Shown here piece after piece: positions 10,499 to 23,159 of a stretch of DNA of 45,855 nucleotides. Within the stretch, counting starts at the first letter, position 1, and each line of letters begins with the position of its first letter. A program made the translations under genes and the position numbers. The notes beneath the pieces were generated by a model. The model was not told the DNA's origin, did no database searches, and worked only from the letters and a program-made list of their open reading frames with translations. This DNA comes from Octopus bimaculoides (taxonomy: Eukaryota), in assembly GCF_001194135.2 (NCBI RefSeq), contig NC_068981.1, positions 37,018,198-37,064,052 of the forward strand. Reading direction: 5' to 3'.

Positions 10499-10707
10499 TT
10501 GCAGTGTGGAAGGTGTTTATAAGCCATTTAAAAACGCACAAAAACTGTTAGATTCACTTCAACATTTATATTTAATTTGTCAAAATATTTTCATCGCTTT
10601 GAGACCGTGACCTGATGACTGACAAAATTCCATGATGCAGCACGGAATTTTGTCAGTGATCAAGTCGTGCGTTTTTAAATGGCTTATAAACACCTTCTAC
10701 GCTGCAA
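10499..10707. repeat. Fold-back element (inverted duplication, one arm internally deleted) carrying a hammerhead-like motif
   Basis: Outer arms of about 41 bp (10499-10539 / 10667-10707, 2 mismatches); inner perfect 13-bp hairpin CTGACAAAATTCC / GGAATTTTGTCAG. Confidence 0.85.
10577..10625 (-). ncRNA. Minimal type I hammerhead-like motif, G3:C8 core variant
   Basis: Minus: UUGUCA-GUCAUCA-G-GUCAC-GGUCUCAAA-GCGAU-GAAA-AUAUUU-UGACAA. 6-bp stem I, palindromic stem III; the opposite arm retains GUGAUCA (10656-10662). Confidence 0.5.
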
Positions 10708-11229
10708 TCGTTTTTGTTTCAGCACATGATCTCAGATCAGGTCACTTGCTATGCAAGTACATCTCCGTAATGTTCTATTCATATTTTCTACAAAATTTGT
10801 TAATTTCATAACTAAATAAATTGAGAGAAAGAATTAAGCATTTTACTGAGAAGAACATGACATTTCCAGAAAATTTGAAATTCAAATACCTCATTATTGT
10901 GTAGATTAACACCATAGTCAACTAATCATTTCACATCTGAGTAGCTCAAATTTTTTTCTAGATTCAGATTTCCAGTTTTTGAAATATAAATTCTTACAAG
11001 TTTATTAACATACAACAGTGAAATGAAGCTGAAGGTCATAAAGATATAAGCAATTTTGTAGCTTTGTTTCATCTCTTTGGAGAAATCAATTTTTTTCTTT
11101 TATTCCATTGTCTGATACTGAAAATCATATTTCATTATAAAACAGAATGATTGTTGTATATTATATGCAATACAGCAACAAGCAACAGTTTCTTTTATCA
11201 TTAATCTTTTACTTGCTTCATTTTTAGGA

Positions 11230-11516
11230 GTGCAGCTACACAGAGACACTGCCTTGAATGGTTTAATCAAACAAGTTTCCCCTTTGTAGTAATTGTCTAA
11301 AATCTGGTACTTACTCTTTCAGTATCTTTTACTGAATCACTAAGTTACAGGGACATAAACGAAGTAACACCGGTTTCAAATAATGAGGGAACAAACACAC
11401 ATATGCATACATATACATACACATATTTATGCATGTTATGCATGTATAAATGTATGTATATGTATATGTGTGTGTGTATATATTTATGTATATATATGTG
11501 TATGTGAGTATATGCA

Positions 11517-11560
<44 letters not shown>

Positions 11561-11800
11561 NNNNNNNNNNNNNNNNNNNNNNNNNNNNNNNNNNNNNNNN
11601 NNNNNNNNNNNNNNNNNNNNNNNNNNNNNNNNATATATATATATATATATATACATATATATTCAATGGACTTTCACACTGTTTCCATCTACAAAATTCA
11701 CTCACAAGATACCATTAGGCTCAAGGTTATAGTAGAAGATACGAGGCACTTGCCCATAACTATTTGGCTGCAAAGCAATTTTTTGACCACACAGCTTAAG
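11230..11800 (-). mobile_element. Bipartite SINE (family B): tRNA-like head, internal microsatellite, conserved tail
   Basis: Head at about 11660-11800, microsatellite/gap 11400-11655, tail 11230-11400; same layout as 30107-30654. Confidence 0.65.
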
Positions 11801-11959
11801 TCTCAGAATATTCTTAAATTTGGAAAACCAAAATATTTTCAATTAGTAAAGACTGAATCTTTGTTACCACTATTGTTAAATTTAGGTATAAGTTTTAGAA
11901 AGGTATGTGAACTTAAGCTAAATATCATTTTCAATTTTACCTAACCACATATAGAATAA

Positions 11960-12165
11960 GCCCCAATGTAGTCATTTAACTTTCAAAGAAATAGCAGCTA
12001 AATCTCCCTCATATCAATCTCTACTGCCTTACAAAAGAAAGGAAGTATTGGATAATATAGTAAGAGACATGACTCTGTATAAGTGAGTAGTTCATGGCTG
12101 GAAAGCCTTGTATCATAGGTTTGCTCAATCAAAACTACCCTGAGGCAAAATGACAACAACAAACC
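11960..12165 (+). repeat. Dispersed repeat (family D) ending in (AAC)n; other copies at about 20690-20880, 24050-24200, 32150-32330
   Basis: Shared motifs ...GATAAT(G/A)TAGT..., CATGGCTGGAA..., ATAGGT(C/T)TGCTCAATC..., ACAACAACAA across the copies. Confidence 0.6.
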
Positions 12166-15100
12166 TTATTATGAAGTAAGATAGCTATTGATCATATCAG
12201 GAGGATGAGAAATTACTGAAGCAGACCTTATTTAAGATGCTGTAGTATGCAGAATTCTCACTAGATCTATATATGATGTTAAAATACACTGAATGCTATT
12301 TAAAGTGTTAAATGATGCAATGAAACTAAATAAACTAAGTGTGCAAATTGGATGATCAACAATGTATCATCAGTAATGTGACCTGGTGTCATCAGCTGTT
12401 TTCAAATATTTCTATATCAGACATCCTTGCTCATGTGGCCAAACTAGAGTTGCTTTGGCCCCAACTTGTATTCCAGCAGCCTGGTCATGAGATGTTAATT
12501 AACTATTTACTTTTTGGTATGCCACACAAAAATAACTTGCCCTTAATTTAGAAATACAAAGTTTATGAAAATAAATTAATCATCACGTTCTCTCTCCTCT
12601 CTCATCATCTCTGTCTACTACTACCACTATCATTGCTGCTGCCACCACCACCAGCCCAAGTATAGGTTTTAATGCTCATTAGATTTATGTTTGATACTTA
12701 TAAACTAATTAGAAGCTTCCATGGAGATTTAATTGCGAAATAATTTTGTTTGAAAATCTGGAATTGGTTTTAAAATGCTGGTTTATTTTAAAGATCAGTC
12801 CATAAATAAACTGTATTTTGTTTTATCATTTATTGGTGTCAATGTTAGAAATAATAATTTTATTAGTTTCAGCCATTAAACTTTGAATATGTTCAGGCAT
12901 GGACATCTAAATGTTTGGTCAGTCCTATCAAACATCATGCTTTTTTCAGCATGGTATTAATTTTGTCAATCTCTATTTATTGAATTTCTAGGTTATGTCT
13001 GATATAAAGGGATACAAACTTGACATAGTAATTTGCAAAGATGGACATATGCACATAGGTGCATGTATATATGAGGAGTGGGGCTGCTGCATCCGTTGAT
13101 GTCTGTAGGCTTCTATTATCTACTATAATGTAACAACTAAGCTTTCTAATATGATGCATTGTCCTAATTAATCTGCCATATCAATGGTTGAATTATTAGA
13201 AATAGGTTGGGCATCAAGCTGTAAGAAACAATTTATCCATCAGTTTTAAAATATCTGAGCATATTTATCCCACCCAAAAAAGAAAAGCAGATGTAAAACA
13301 TTTTACAAAATTGCTTTTTGGCAATGCTTAGAAAACATAAGAACTTTTATGGTTCATTTTTTGAATGAGTTTGAATGGAAGCAGAAATAAATTTCGCTTG
13401 AAAGTTTTTAATTAATAACTACATATAAGCATTTAGGCTTTTATAGTTATATGGTCTGTTCTCTTTATTGTCTAACAGTGCCTACTTGTCTCATTTATCA
13501 CATAGGATTGTCGAGTTATCAAGACACTAAAGTAAAGCAAATGCATCAGACCCTTTAGCCTGAATTATGCTCAGAATTGTACGTTCTATCTAATCAATTA
13601 AAATTAATATCATTGGAAATAACTACACCTGGGAAACGATTAAATTAAAGTGTGTTGGAACTTTGAAGTCTACAATCATCAATTCTTGTATTCATCTATT
13701 GTGTAGTAGGCCTAACACATTGTCTGTTCTAATATCAATATGTAGTCCTTGTCAATGGACACTACACAGCACTAATAAGAAGATATGACCATCATATCAA
13801 CAAATATTTTTAGCAATCATACTGTCTCTTGAGTCAGTCACCTGTGACACTAGCTGTGACAATTGCTGCACAACCAGGCTTCAATCAAACAATAAGAAAA
13901 ATCATGTTAAAGTAAAAGGTATTTGAATTTACACTATTAATTTTACTGTCAAATAAATATGAGTAAAGACAAATTGTTTCAGACTTTCGATGAAAAGAAC
14001 AGTATAAGTAGGACATTTTTAAAAGTTTGTTTAAGCTTCCAGTTAAAAGAAATTATAATAAATAAAACTTGTGAAGATTCTCTACTCTAAAATGGAGTAG
14101 AAAACTGAGCATTATGTATTTTCTTGAAACACATTAGTCAAAGTAAGAGCTTAATTGCATTAGCAAATACAAGCAGTACATGCTATTCAAGTATTGCTTT
14201 CCATAGTAATCCTGTTTTGAATTAATATCCACACTAAAGTGGTTGTTATAGACTCAGTAAAGGGTAAGTTGTAGATAAACAACCATATTGATCCACCTTT
14301 GGTAAATACTGTGAATAAAGAGGCAATGAATTGATGTGTTGGGTTCTGGATTTCCAGATAACCTGTTGAGGAAAATCTATAAATGTTTTAGCTGCTAATG
14401 TTTTCACTGTTTGACTGTGCCTACAAAGAAATTGCAATGATGTTTAGAAACTGAGTCAAGCTTCTTTGACAGTATAGTTATAATCTTTTATATCTCCATT
14501 TCATTTAATAGTAAGTTATTAAAACCTCCCAACTAGTGATTGCATTTCATCTTGCCCCCTTTTTTTTATTCATGTATTAATCATTTCCTTCTTTATTGAA
14601 ATGTGTTCCATTATTTTCTTTAATAAATTCTTTCTTATGAATGAAATTATGCCAAGTTATTTGGAAGTAAGATCTTTATTTCCTGTACGGTAGTTTGAAA
14701 CACCCTCTTTTTATCACCAAACTATTATATTGCTAGTATTGATTGTAGGAAATTGATATGAATAGACATTCAATTTCGAAAGCACTATTAGTGTTATTTC
14801 ATAACGAATATAAGCCTTTTAGTGCATTATCTGCCCTTCATAGTGACCTCTGATGAATAGAAGTTATGAATTCAATGAAAGCTGAGATAGAGATTTAAAT
14901 ACAAGCATTCTCACCATATTGTGAACTTTTCAAAAAGTATGCTAGATATCACAAACATTCTGTTATATATTCATCATCATTATATTAAGTAAAAGCGACA
15001 ACTTACATTTGTATCAAGTGACAAAATTGTTATGGTGCTAAGCTTATTCAGTTTCTTTTCTTTATTCTTTCTTTAGACAGCTTTTTGCTGGCTCTCCATG

Positions 15101-16809
15101 ATGGGTAAGATCAATGTAGTTTGATGTTCAACAGATGCAGTTTGAAACATATAGATATAATGTAGGGAGAGAAAAGTTTTAGAGAGCTGTGATTCTTGGA
15201 GTAAAATGTTGAAAACAATGTTCAATGTGGGATTAAGATTTAACCAATTAAATAATTGACTGCTTGATTAACTGTTTGGTGAATCAATTAATCAGCTAGG
15301 TTTGTGAAAGTTCATTCGTCACCATTCGCAACTTCCTCAATGACATCTCATCTCTACACCAGAAATCTTTTAGGTTTGTCTAAGCTTTCTTAAAATATCT
15401 AAATGAGAGAAACTTGAAACTTGGAAATGTTGCCAAATTTGGTACAATAGTAAACTCTTATAAAGCAAAACATGGTCAAATTTGAGAGTGATCACTGAAT
15501 ATATTTTGTGGTGCTGATTGAAAGCTTTGCAAATAAACTTAAATAAAAAGAAAAGGGATAGCATTATATGCAGATTTTGACCAGCTTCATTTCATTTCCA
15601 GTTTTGGTTTGGTTCCGTCTAGCTGTGTGTATGGTCTTAGGAGAGTAGTATTACACAGGCTAAAATTTTTCCCATTTTCAATATTTTGAAAGTCTGTGTA
15701 TTTAATAGATCACATGTAGAGAGCGGACTTTAGGTGCAAAAATTCGGTTTTTTAAATGCAACTTTTAGATGCAAAAAATTGTAGTTTTAAGTGCAAGTTT
15801 ACATGCAAAAGATACCCTCATTTTTCCTTTTAAAAAGCCAAGATTCTTTGAGAATAAGATTATTCTTGGATTTAAAGTATGAACACACGTATTTAATCCT
15901 ATCAAGTAGCTCATTCCACTTGTTTTCAAAGTACACGTTATTTTTCAGTTGTTAGACAATTGTTTTCTGTGTTTATTTCCATACAAATAACACAAATAAT
16001 TAATAATTAAAACAATAAATAAGAGTGTTTAACACCAAATTTAGGACTCAGAATTATGTTAGGAAAAATTTATCAACTATATCAAAATCAGATAAATTAA
16101 TGGAATTGGGCATTAAAAATTTATCAGACTTAATATATGAACATATCTTGTTTTTATTTAAATTCATAATTGTATGCATTTAAATATCAGTTTAACAAAT
16201 GAATTTCAAACTGTTTTTTTTTTAAGATATTAAAAATTTTATAAAAGATGTTTTTGGTTTTATAGTTTTTTATGAAAGTATTTTAAAAACTTTATACATT
16301 TATTAAAGTATAAAGTGTTAAAAACCTTTTTTTACATGAGCTATTATTGTTGTCCTGCCAATTTTTCTGCCACTCTCCTGATCATCATATCTAGATGCAG
16401 CAAGTGCAGCAAAGAGCTAGGTTATCACAAGCTTCTATAATTCTACATTTAAGGAAAAGAGATAAAATTCTATGTTCCACACGTTTGTTGGTCAAGCTTT
16501 ATAGAAATTAAGAGTGTTGCCCCCTGACAAACTTCTCCCCAACTGCTGTATTTTTCCCCCTCAATTCCATCTCCCACTCTTCCTCACAAACTTACCTGCA
16601 CATAATATATCCCCTCTTACTCACAACATACCCGCCTGACACCCTTTTCCTTCAACCTGTATCCACTCACTATGTTTCCACCTCTGTCTCAGCCTTCTGC
16701 AATCTCATGAACTCACCCACCTTCTCACCATCACCAAACCTCAGCCCACTGCACTGTATACACCTCTCTGTAACTTGGGTATCTACCCCATCACACCTTC
16801 ACCATCTTC

Positions 16810-17150
16810 TCTTTCTCCTCTCTCTTCTCCCCTCTCTCTACTCACTCTCTCTCTACTTACTCTCTCTCTTCTCTGTTTCCCTCTCTCTCTCCTCTCTCTT
16901 TCCCACTCTCTCTACTCACTGTCTCTTCTCTGTCTCCCTCTCTCTCACACACTCTCTCTCACACACTCTCTCTCACACACTCTCTCTCTCTCACACTCTC
17001 TCTCACACACTCTCTCACACACTCTCTCTCACACACTCTCTCTACTCACTCTCTCTCTTTCTTCTTTATCTTCATTTCTCTCACACTCTCTCTTTTCTCT
17101 CTGTTGTCTCTGTCTGTCTGTCTGCCCCTTTCTCTCTCCCCTCCTCCCTC
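16810..17150. repeat. CT/CA-rich compound low-complexity tract
   Basis: Direct reading (CTCTCTCACACACT-like units). Confidence 0.9.
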
Positions 17151-17179
17151 TCTTATGCTAATACAGACAGCAACAGCAA

Positions 17180-17295
17180 AGCTTGGCACAGTCTTCTGGC
17201 TTGTCAATTCCTACTGAACCATCCAATACATGCCAACATGGAGAATGGTCGTTAAATGACGATGAGGATGATGGTGATGATGATGACGATGATGT
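17180..17295 (+). mobile_element. RTE-type 3' tail repeat (family E) ending in (ATG)n
   Basis: CCATCCAATACATGCCAACATGGAGAATGGTCGTTAAATGACGATG matches the tails at 23540-23600, 31880-31945, 41750-41795. Confidence 0.75.
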
Positions 17296-17618
17296 TGGTC
17301 TGGTATACATTTTAACAAAGAAAGAAAAAAGAAATTTGAATTCAAATCATATTGCAAGGCATTTATCTACAGCTCTCTTGATACCACTACTCCTCTGGCT
17401 AATCAATAAGAGCAGCAGTAGCAGCAGCAGCAGTAGCAGCAACAACACCAACAAAACATAAACAATGATGATCATTTCTGTGACATAACAAAGAAAGATT
17501 ACAATTTGTGTGAGGGCTGAGATAAAATTGGGTGAGGGAAAATATGAAAATAAATTAATTAACTAATCAGTAAATAATACTAATAATTATCTTTATTACA
17601 AAAAAATAATATAATAAT

Positions 17619-17830
17619 GGTTTCAAATTTTGGCACAAGGCCAGCAACTTTATGGGAGAGGGTGAGTCGTTTACATCAACTCCAGTGATCAACTGGTACT
17701 TATTTTATCGACCCTGAAATGATGAAAGGCAAATTCGACCTTGGTGGAGTTTGAACTCAGAATGTAAAGATGGATGAAATGTTGCTAAGCATTTTATCCA
17801 ACATGCTAATGATTCTACCAGTTTGCTGCC
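17619..17830 (-). mobile_element. tRNA-derived SINE (family C)
   Basis: Reverse complement aligns with 19251-19450 (GGCAGAAT..TTAGCA...TTCTGAGTTCAAA...TTTGCCTTTCATC...GATAAAATAAGTACCA). Confidence 0.8.
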
Positions 17831-17871
17831 TTAACAACAAAAGCAACAACAACAACAATGATGATGATGAT

Positions 17872-17902
<31 letters not shown>

Positions 17903-19250
17903 GCAACAATAGTAATAATTCCAACAACAACAATGTTTATTATTTCTGAAAAATAAAGGTCTTGACAAAAAATTCCAACAATTTTGTCCCAGATGGTTAA
18001 ACATGGAAACTCAATGCAAAAGTTTGTCTTTACCTCTAAGGAAGCAATCTTGAAAATACATATCAGTGCTTGTTTGGTTAGTTATGAAACATGTCAACCA
18101 TTCCAACATGTCATTAATAATTATTCTTAAATAATTTTAAGCTAATTTCATTCTCTATCCTCACAACCACTTTGATGACATTTTTTTCTTTTTTTTCTTC
18201 CTAAACATCTCGTATGCAGCACAGCAAGATTTCTCTTTGTGAGACACTCTTCAGTCACATTTTGTTTCAAATGTCACTGATAAACTATAAACAGATCAAT
18301 TGGAAATTAATTGGTACTGACAGTCAAAGTTTCCCTTGTAAATTTGCTTGTCATATCATAATGGCTTATACTGAAATCTTTTCAAATTCGATGTCTAGAA
18401 CAGTGAAGGATAACTTGAATGTAAAGTAAAACAAAGAAAATAATTTTGTAATATGCCAGTAAAAGCAAATAAAAAATATGGAAAGAATAAAATCTTGCCA
18501 AAGGAAAAAAGCTCAAAAATAAAAAAAAAAAAGGAAAGAAGAAAAAGACATTTAATGATAAGGGCACAGAAAAGGATTTTAAGGAAAACTTTAAAAAAGT
18601 ACATTACAGCTAGGGAGTGTTCGTGGGAGTTAATAATATAGAGTTGGCAGATAAAATTAAGTATTTACTGGTTTGACAAAATTCTTTTCACTTGCTTGGA
18701 GATATAAAATAATAGGAAAACGTGTTAAATTTTGTGGTGTGGCTTATGTAAGTATCAGTTTCTAAAATGATTACATTGAAATAAAAATATAATTCTGATA
18801 TCATCTTGTCAGCTTTCTATGTTTATAAAATTTGTTACTGAATTTTTATTTTACAATTGATATTTTCCAGTTTATTGAAATTTTGAAATACAAAGGGTGA
18901 ATTTCTATTAAATTTAGAAGTAGTGAGAAAAGGCTGTGTTTTAATTTATACTTCCCTTTCACCCTTTATTGTAGAGTAAAATTTTGATAAATATCTGGAT
19001 TTTCAGAAATATATGGAAAGCTGTTTGCAGTAAAACTACTAAAGTGAAATTTGTTGAATGATTCGGACTGGAGAACAGCAAATGTGGATAAAACAGTAGA
19101 ACTGCATATGAAATGCATTATATTATTTTATAATATCTCGAAATTATGAATTTGAATTTCTCATAATTTGACTTTATTTTGTATCACTCAATACTGAGGT
19201 GTGGTGGAAGGAATAATTAAGATATGTGCTAATAATACGCAATATTAATT

Positions 19251-19450
19251 GGTGAACTGGCAGAATTGTTAGCATGCCAGGTTAAATACTTAGTGGCATT
19301 TTCCTCTGTCTTCGTGTTCTGAGTTCAAGTTCTGCTGGGGTCAACTTTGCCTTTCATCCATTCAGGGTTGATAAAATAAGTACCATTTGAATACTGGAGT
19401 CAATGTAATCAACTTACCCTCTCCCTGGAATTGCTGACCTTGTGTCACAC
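19251..19450 (+). mobile_element. tRNA-derived SINE (family C); further degenerate copies at about 26618-26880, 29225-29600, 37082-37210
   Basis: A-box-like TGGCAGAATTG and B-box-like GAGTTCAAG; homology among the copies. Confidence 0.8.
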
Positions 19451-19759
19451 TTCAGCTTTGCAGAAAGTCAACAAATGATAAGGGCTGAAGTATTTGCCAG
19501 TCATGAAGAAACAACTTTATCTTCATGATGTTTTTGTTATATTGCTGACTTATATACAAGCCATGAAAGCTCATGAGGGATAAACTTTGGGTTTCAAGAC
19601 TGGTTTTAGCTAGATATCATTTAAGTTTATGTGGAGTGTAGGGAAAACTTTTAATGGTTATGGTTTGGTGTTGTTTAAAGAAGACTGGCTTGCTATATCT
19701 CTTCATTTGAGAATAATTTTAAGATCTCTGTTCATGAAAAAATAATAATCTGCTGTGAG

Positions 19760-20110
19760 ATGTCTATGCTGCATGTACATGGAATAAAATGTGTCCTGAG
19801 GTTTATGGAATGAAGGGTTGAATCATCTGCTGAGGAGTTTTTGTGGTTAGACATCACAGTGAGTAGTTCATTAATGTATAGAAAGACAGGTTTAGAAGAT
19901 AAAACAAAACACTGAGGTATACCAGAACTGATAAGATGTAAGACAGAATGAACCCATTCAAAATTCCAGTCTGACAATAAACTTCTTATCCAAGAGATGA
20001 GAGATAGTTGGAGCCCATAAGCAGGAAATTTGCCAGAAGTTTTCTTATGTAAGATATGGTGGAAGAATTTGCTAACGTAAGGAGCAACAACAATATTTTG
20101 TCCCCTGAAG
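19760..20110 (-). mobile_element. CR1/L2/Jockey-group LINE reverse transcriptase fragment
   Basis: ORF 19732-20274: AYGLQLSLISWIRSLLSD...SGIPQCFVLS...LYINELL...SADDSTLH (decayed SGVPQGSVL and YADD motifs). Confidence 0.85.
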
Positions 20111-22628
20111 TTCTTAAGAGCGAGATAAGAAATATAATCAGTAATGTTTGAAGAGATTAATAGTGATTTGTGTTGGCAAAATCCAATATAACAAAAGTGA
20201 AGAATGAAGCATTTTAGGTTGCCTACTGTGAAGAAATGAAATATCCGCTTCAGGTAGAACCTTTTAAATTCCATAACATTAGATAATTTCTCTCTTTTCA
20301 GCTATCTAAAACACCACAATTTTTGCTTCTTTCATTGATATGATTTTCACAACATAAGGAAAATTACACTGTAGAAAGCATCGAGTTCAAGCATGCATAG
20401 GAGAGAGAATTATTTAGTTTGATAAGTAATCCTATTTTTAATTATTAATACCAGGAGCTGGCCTAGGATTTCTTAATTACATCTAGATTTTTTAAAGTTT
20501 TGACACAGTATCAGATTGTATAATCTTCATTGGAGAATATTTTGTAAGTTGACATTGATAAAGAAGAATAGCTATTAGGGCTTACTGTTATAAGTATGTG
20601 AAGGATCAGTTGAACAAGCTATGTAGTTTTAGCATTTTTATTTGTCAAATTACTTTCTACTAATGAACTAAACAAACTGTCAATTAGCCTTTATGTTAGA
20701 TATAACAGCTATGCCTCACTGAAATTGCATTCTTCTGTCTTAAAAAGATAAAGAACTCAACTGGATAATGTAGTCTTAGATATGTTATACTTACTCCAAA
20801 GAAGGATGGGATAAATAAAGTTGGAATCTTTTAATCTGATGTCTGCTCAGTCACATAGCTAGCTATTGATTAAACAACAGCTGAAAATGTTATAAATAGC
20901 ATCTACCAGGAAAAATTATAAAATAAAATGAAAAAAATAACTCTTATTTTGATTGTTATTATGATGTATGCAAAATAAAATGATTTATAAAACTCAATTA
21001 CTCTGCTTGTGAAGAAATGTGTAGAGTCTATTATATATGAATATGTATAGATAAATAGCAGATTAAATCCATACTATATAATTTCATAATGGTATCAAAG
21101 TGGACATCTACCTATGCACAAAAACATAAAAATGTTTAACAATGTAAAGGACTTATTAGTTTTATGCTCTGTTATTAACAAAATGATTCAATTTATATGT
21201 ACTGATAGTGTGAATGGTATTAGTTACATGTGTAACAGTAGAACCCATATAAAAAAAAAAAAAAATGCACAAAAATACTTTTTTATACATTCTGCTTTTT
21301 TCCCTCCCTTTTTTTAAAAATAATATTTATATCAACACGATTTTTTCCTATTGGGGTTTGCAACTTTTATTAAAATACTCCCGCTGTTTGGTTTATTATC
21401 TATTGAAAGGATCAATTTCTTGGTGCCTACAGTTATCACACAGTGTCTAGAACAGATGCGTTATTTCCTATATGATTTTGCTGAACATAATCTGATGAAA
21501 GGCAAATCTAAATATAAATCTAATAATTTCTGAACTTTTGGAAATATATAAACATATTTTTTTTCTCTTTTTACACATGATCAATGATGCTTTTCTAGTA
21601 TAATATTAGTACACTTTTGTTTGCCTGAAACTATCCTCAAAATATGTAGACTACTACTTTTCTTTCACACTTATTTGTTAAAATAATCTCTTTAACAACA
21701 TTATGTAAATGTAAAGTAAATTTTCTATAATTTTTTTTTGTATTAGAAAATTGTTTTTTTAGATTAGAGAGGCCAAGATCTCTGGATGTCAACTCATTCA
21801 TTTTGAGAGGTCTTTTGAGGTGAAAATGAGGCAATACTTTTATCGGTCATGGAAACATTTTTCCTACTTAAGGCTATCCAATTGTAAAATAGCAACTAGT
21901 TCCACTTCATTACAGAAGTGTTGTTGCTAGGAAGCACATTAAAAAAAAAAAAAAAGAAAAATGAAAATTTATTTGTTCATCCATTCTTTGTAACTATGGT
22001 AGAATCAATGAAAATTATTTCAAGCAATTTTTCTCTAACATTTTTTTTGTTACTCTAGGAGCAGAAAAGATTTTATGTGTCCTCACCTACAAAAGTCCAA
22101 AAATTAGAATTACTTTGGAAAGAGGCATAACAAAATAGCATAGCTATTTCTATGTTGATTTGAATGTTTTTGTATCCACAGGATTCTGATTTATTCACAT
22201 ATCAATTTGAGTTCACATCACATTTTTACTTATCCTGACAATTAATTAACCAAGCCTTCTTCTGGAATACCTCTCAGCCATCTTGTTGATAGTACATAGT
22301 TTGAGAATCTTTTTCTTTTAAAGCAAGCATTTTAATAACTATTCAATTTCAGACTATTAAAATTAAAAAAGATAATGAATTTCGTAAAAAGTCAACTGAA
22401 AGTAGATAATCATATGGTGCTGGGCTACTTACTGCAAGTCACTGAAATCTAAGTTAATTGCAACAGGTGCCCTTACTCATTTACTGACAATATGAAAAGG
22501 GCAACCAGCTATAAAATTAATTACTATAGCAATTATAAGTTAACATTCAGACTAATAACCTGCTGAACTAGAAAGTCACTGAGTACAAAAGATCAGCACA
22601 CATAAAAAAGTCCTCTAATATAGTTAAT

Positions 22629-22790
22629 TTGTTTTCTTTATTTACAATTTAACTGTGTTCACATAAAAATTCTACAATACAGTTTTCCTTATTTACAATT
22701 TAATACGTGCAGACGAAAATTCTACAATATTGCTAATTTGTTTTTGTTATTCATAATTTTAATATGTACAAAGAATTCTATTCAATTTGA
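22629..22790. repeat. Degenerate minisatellite of about 50-55 bp, about 3 units
   Basis: Recurring CTTATTTACAATTTAA...AAAATTCTACAATA. Confidence 0.6.
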
Positions 22791-22809
22791 TGGCTATGCA
22801 TATGTATTT

Positions 22810-23110
22810 TCAGTCAGTTAAAGTTTACGGATATCAGACTTTCGTTACTTTGAGCAGCATGGGCATGGAAAGGACTAGTTAGACCCGTATTTGACTCGGC
22901 TGCAAAGTCACAATTGGGGCAGTGATAGTTTGCAAGATTATTCATATTTTGATAAGTTTGTTTTCTGGTTTCATGCAACTGGTTATGGTGAAGAACTCTT
23001 GGTGCTTCGAATTTACTAGTCCTATATGACACTGGTCTTCCCCAGTCATATCAGCTTTCTGCAATATCCTCCCAGTCATTACTTTGCATGTTGAGGTCCA
23101 GAAAATAAAG
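22810..23110 (-). mobile_element. RTE-clade LINE 3' remnant with C-terminal C2H2-like motif
   Basis: Minus: SNDWEDIAES*YDWEDQCHIG ... HCPNCDFAAESNTGLTSPFHAH, resembling RTE 'WE.LA.DR..WR' and 'CP.C...F....GL.SH...H'. Confidence 0.6.
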
Positions 23111-23159
23111 TAAATTCATGGCTGTATCCTACACCAGTTTTGCATAACCAGCCCCAGCC

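Noticed and set aside
21492-21510. CTGATGA hammerhead core candidates here and at about 12360-12395 (minus)
   Set aside because: No downstream stem II plus GAAA
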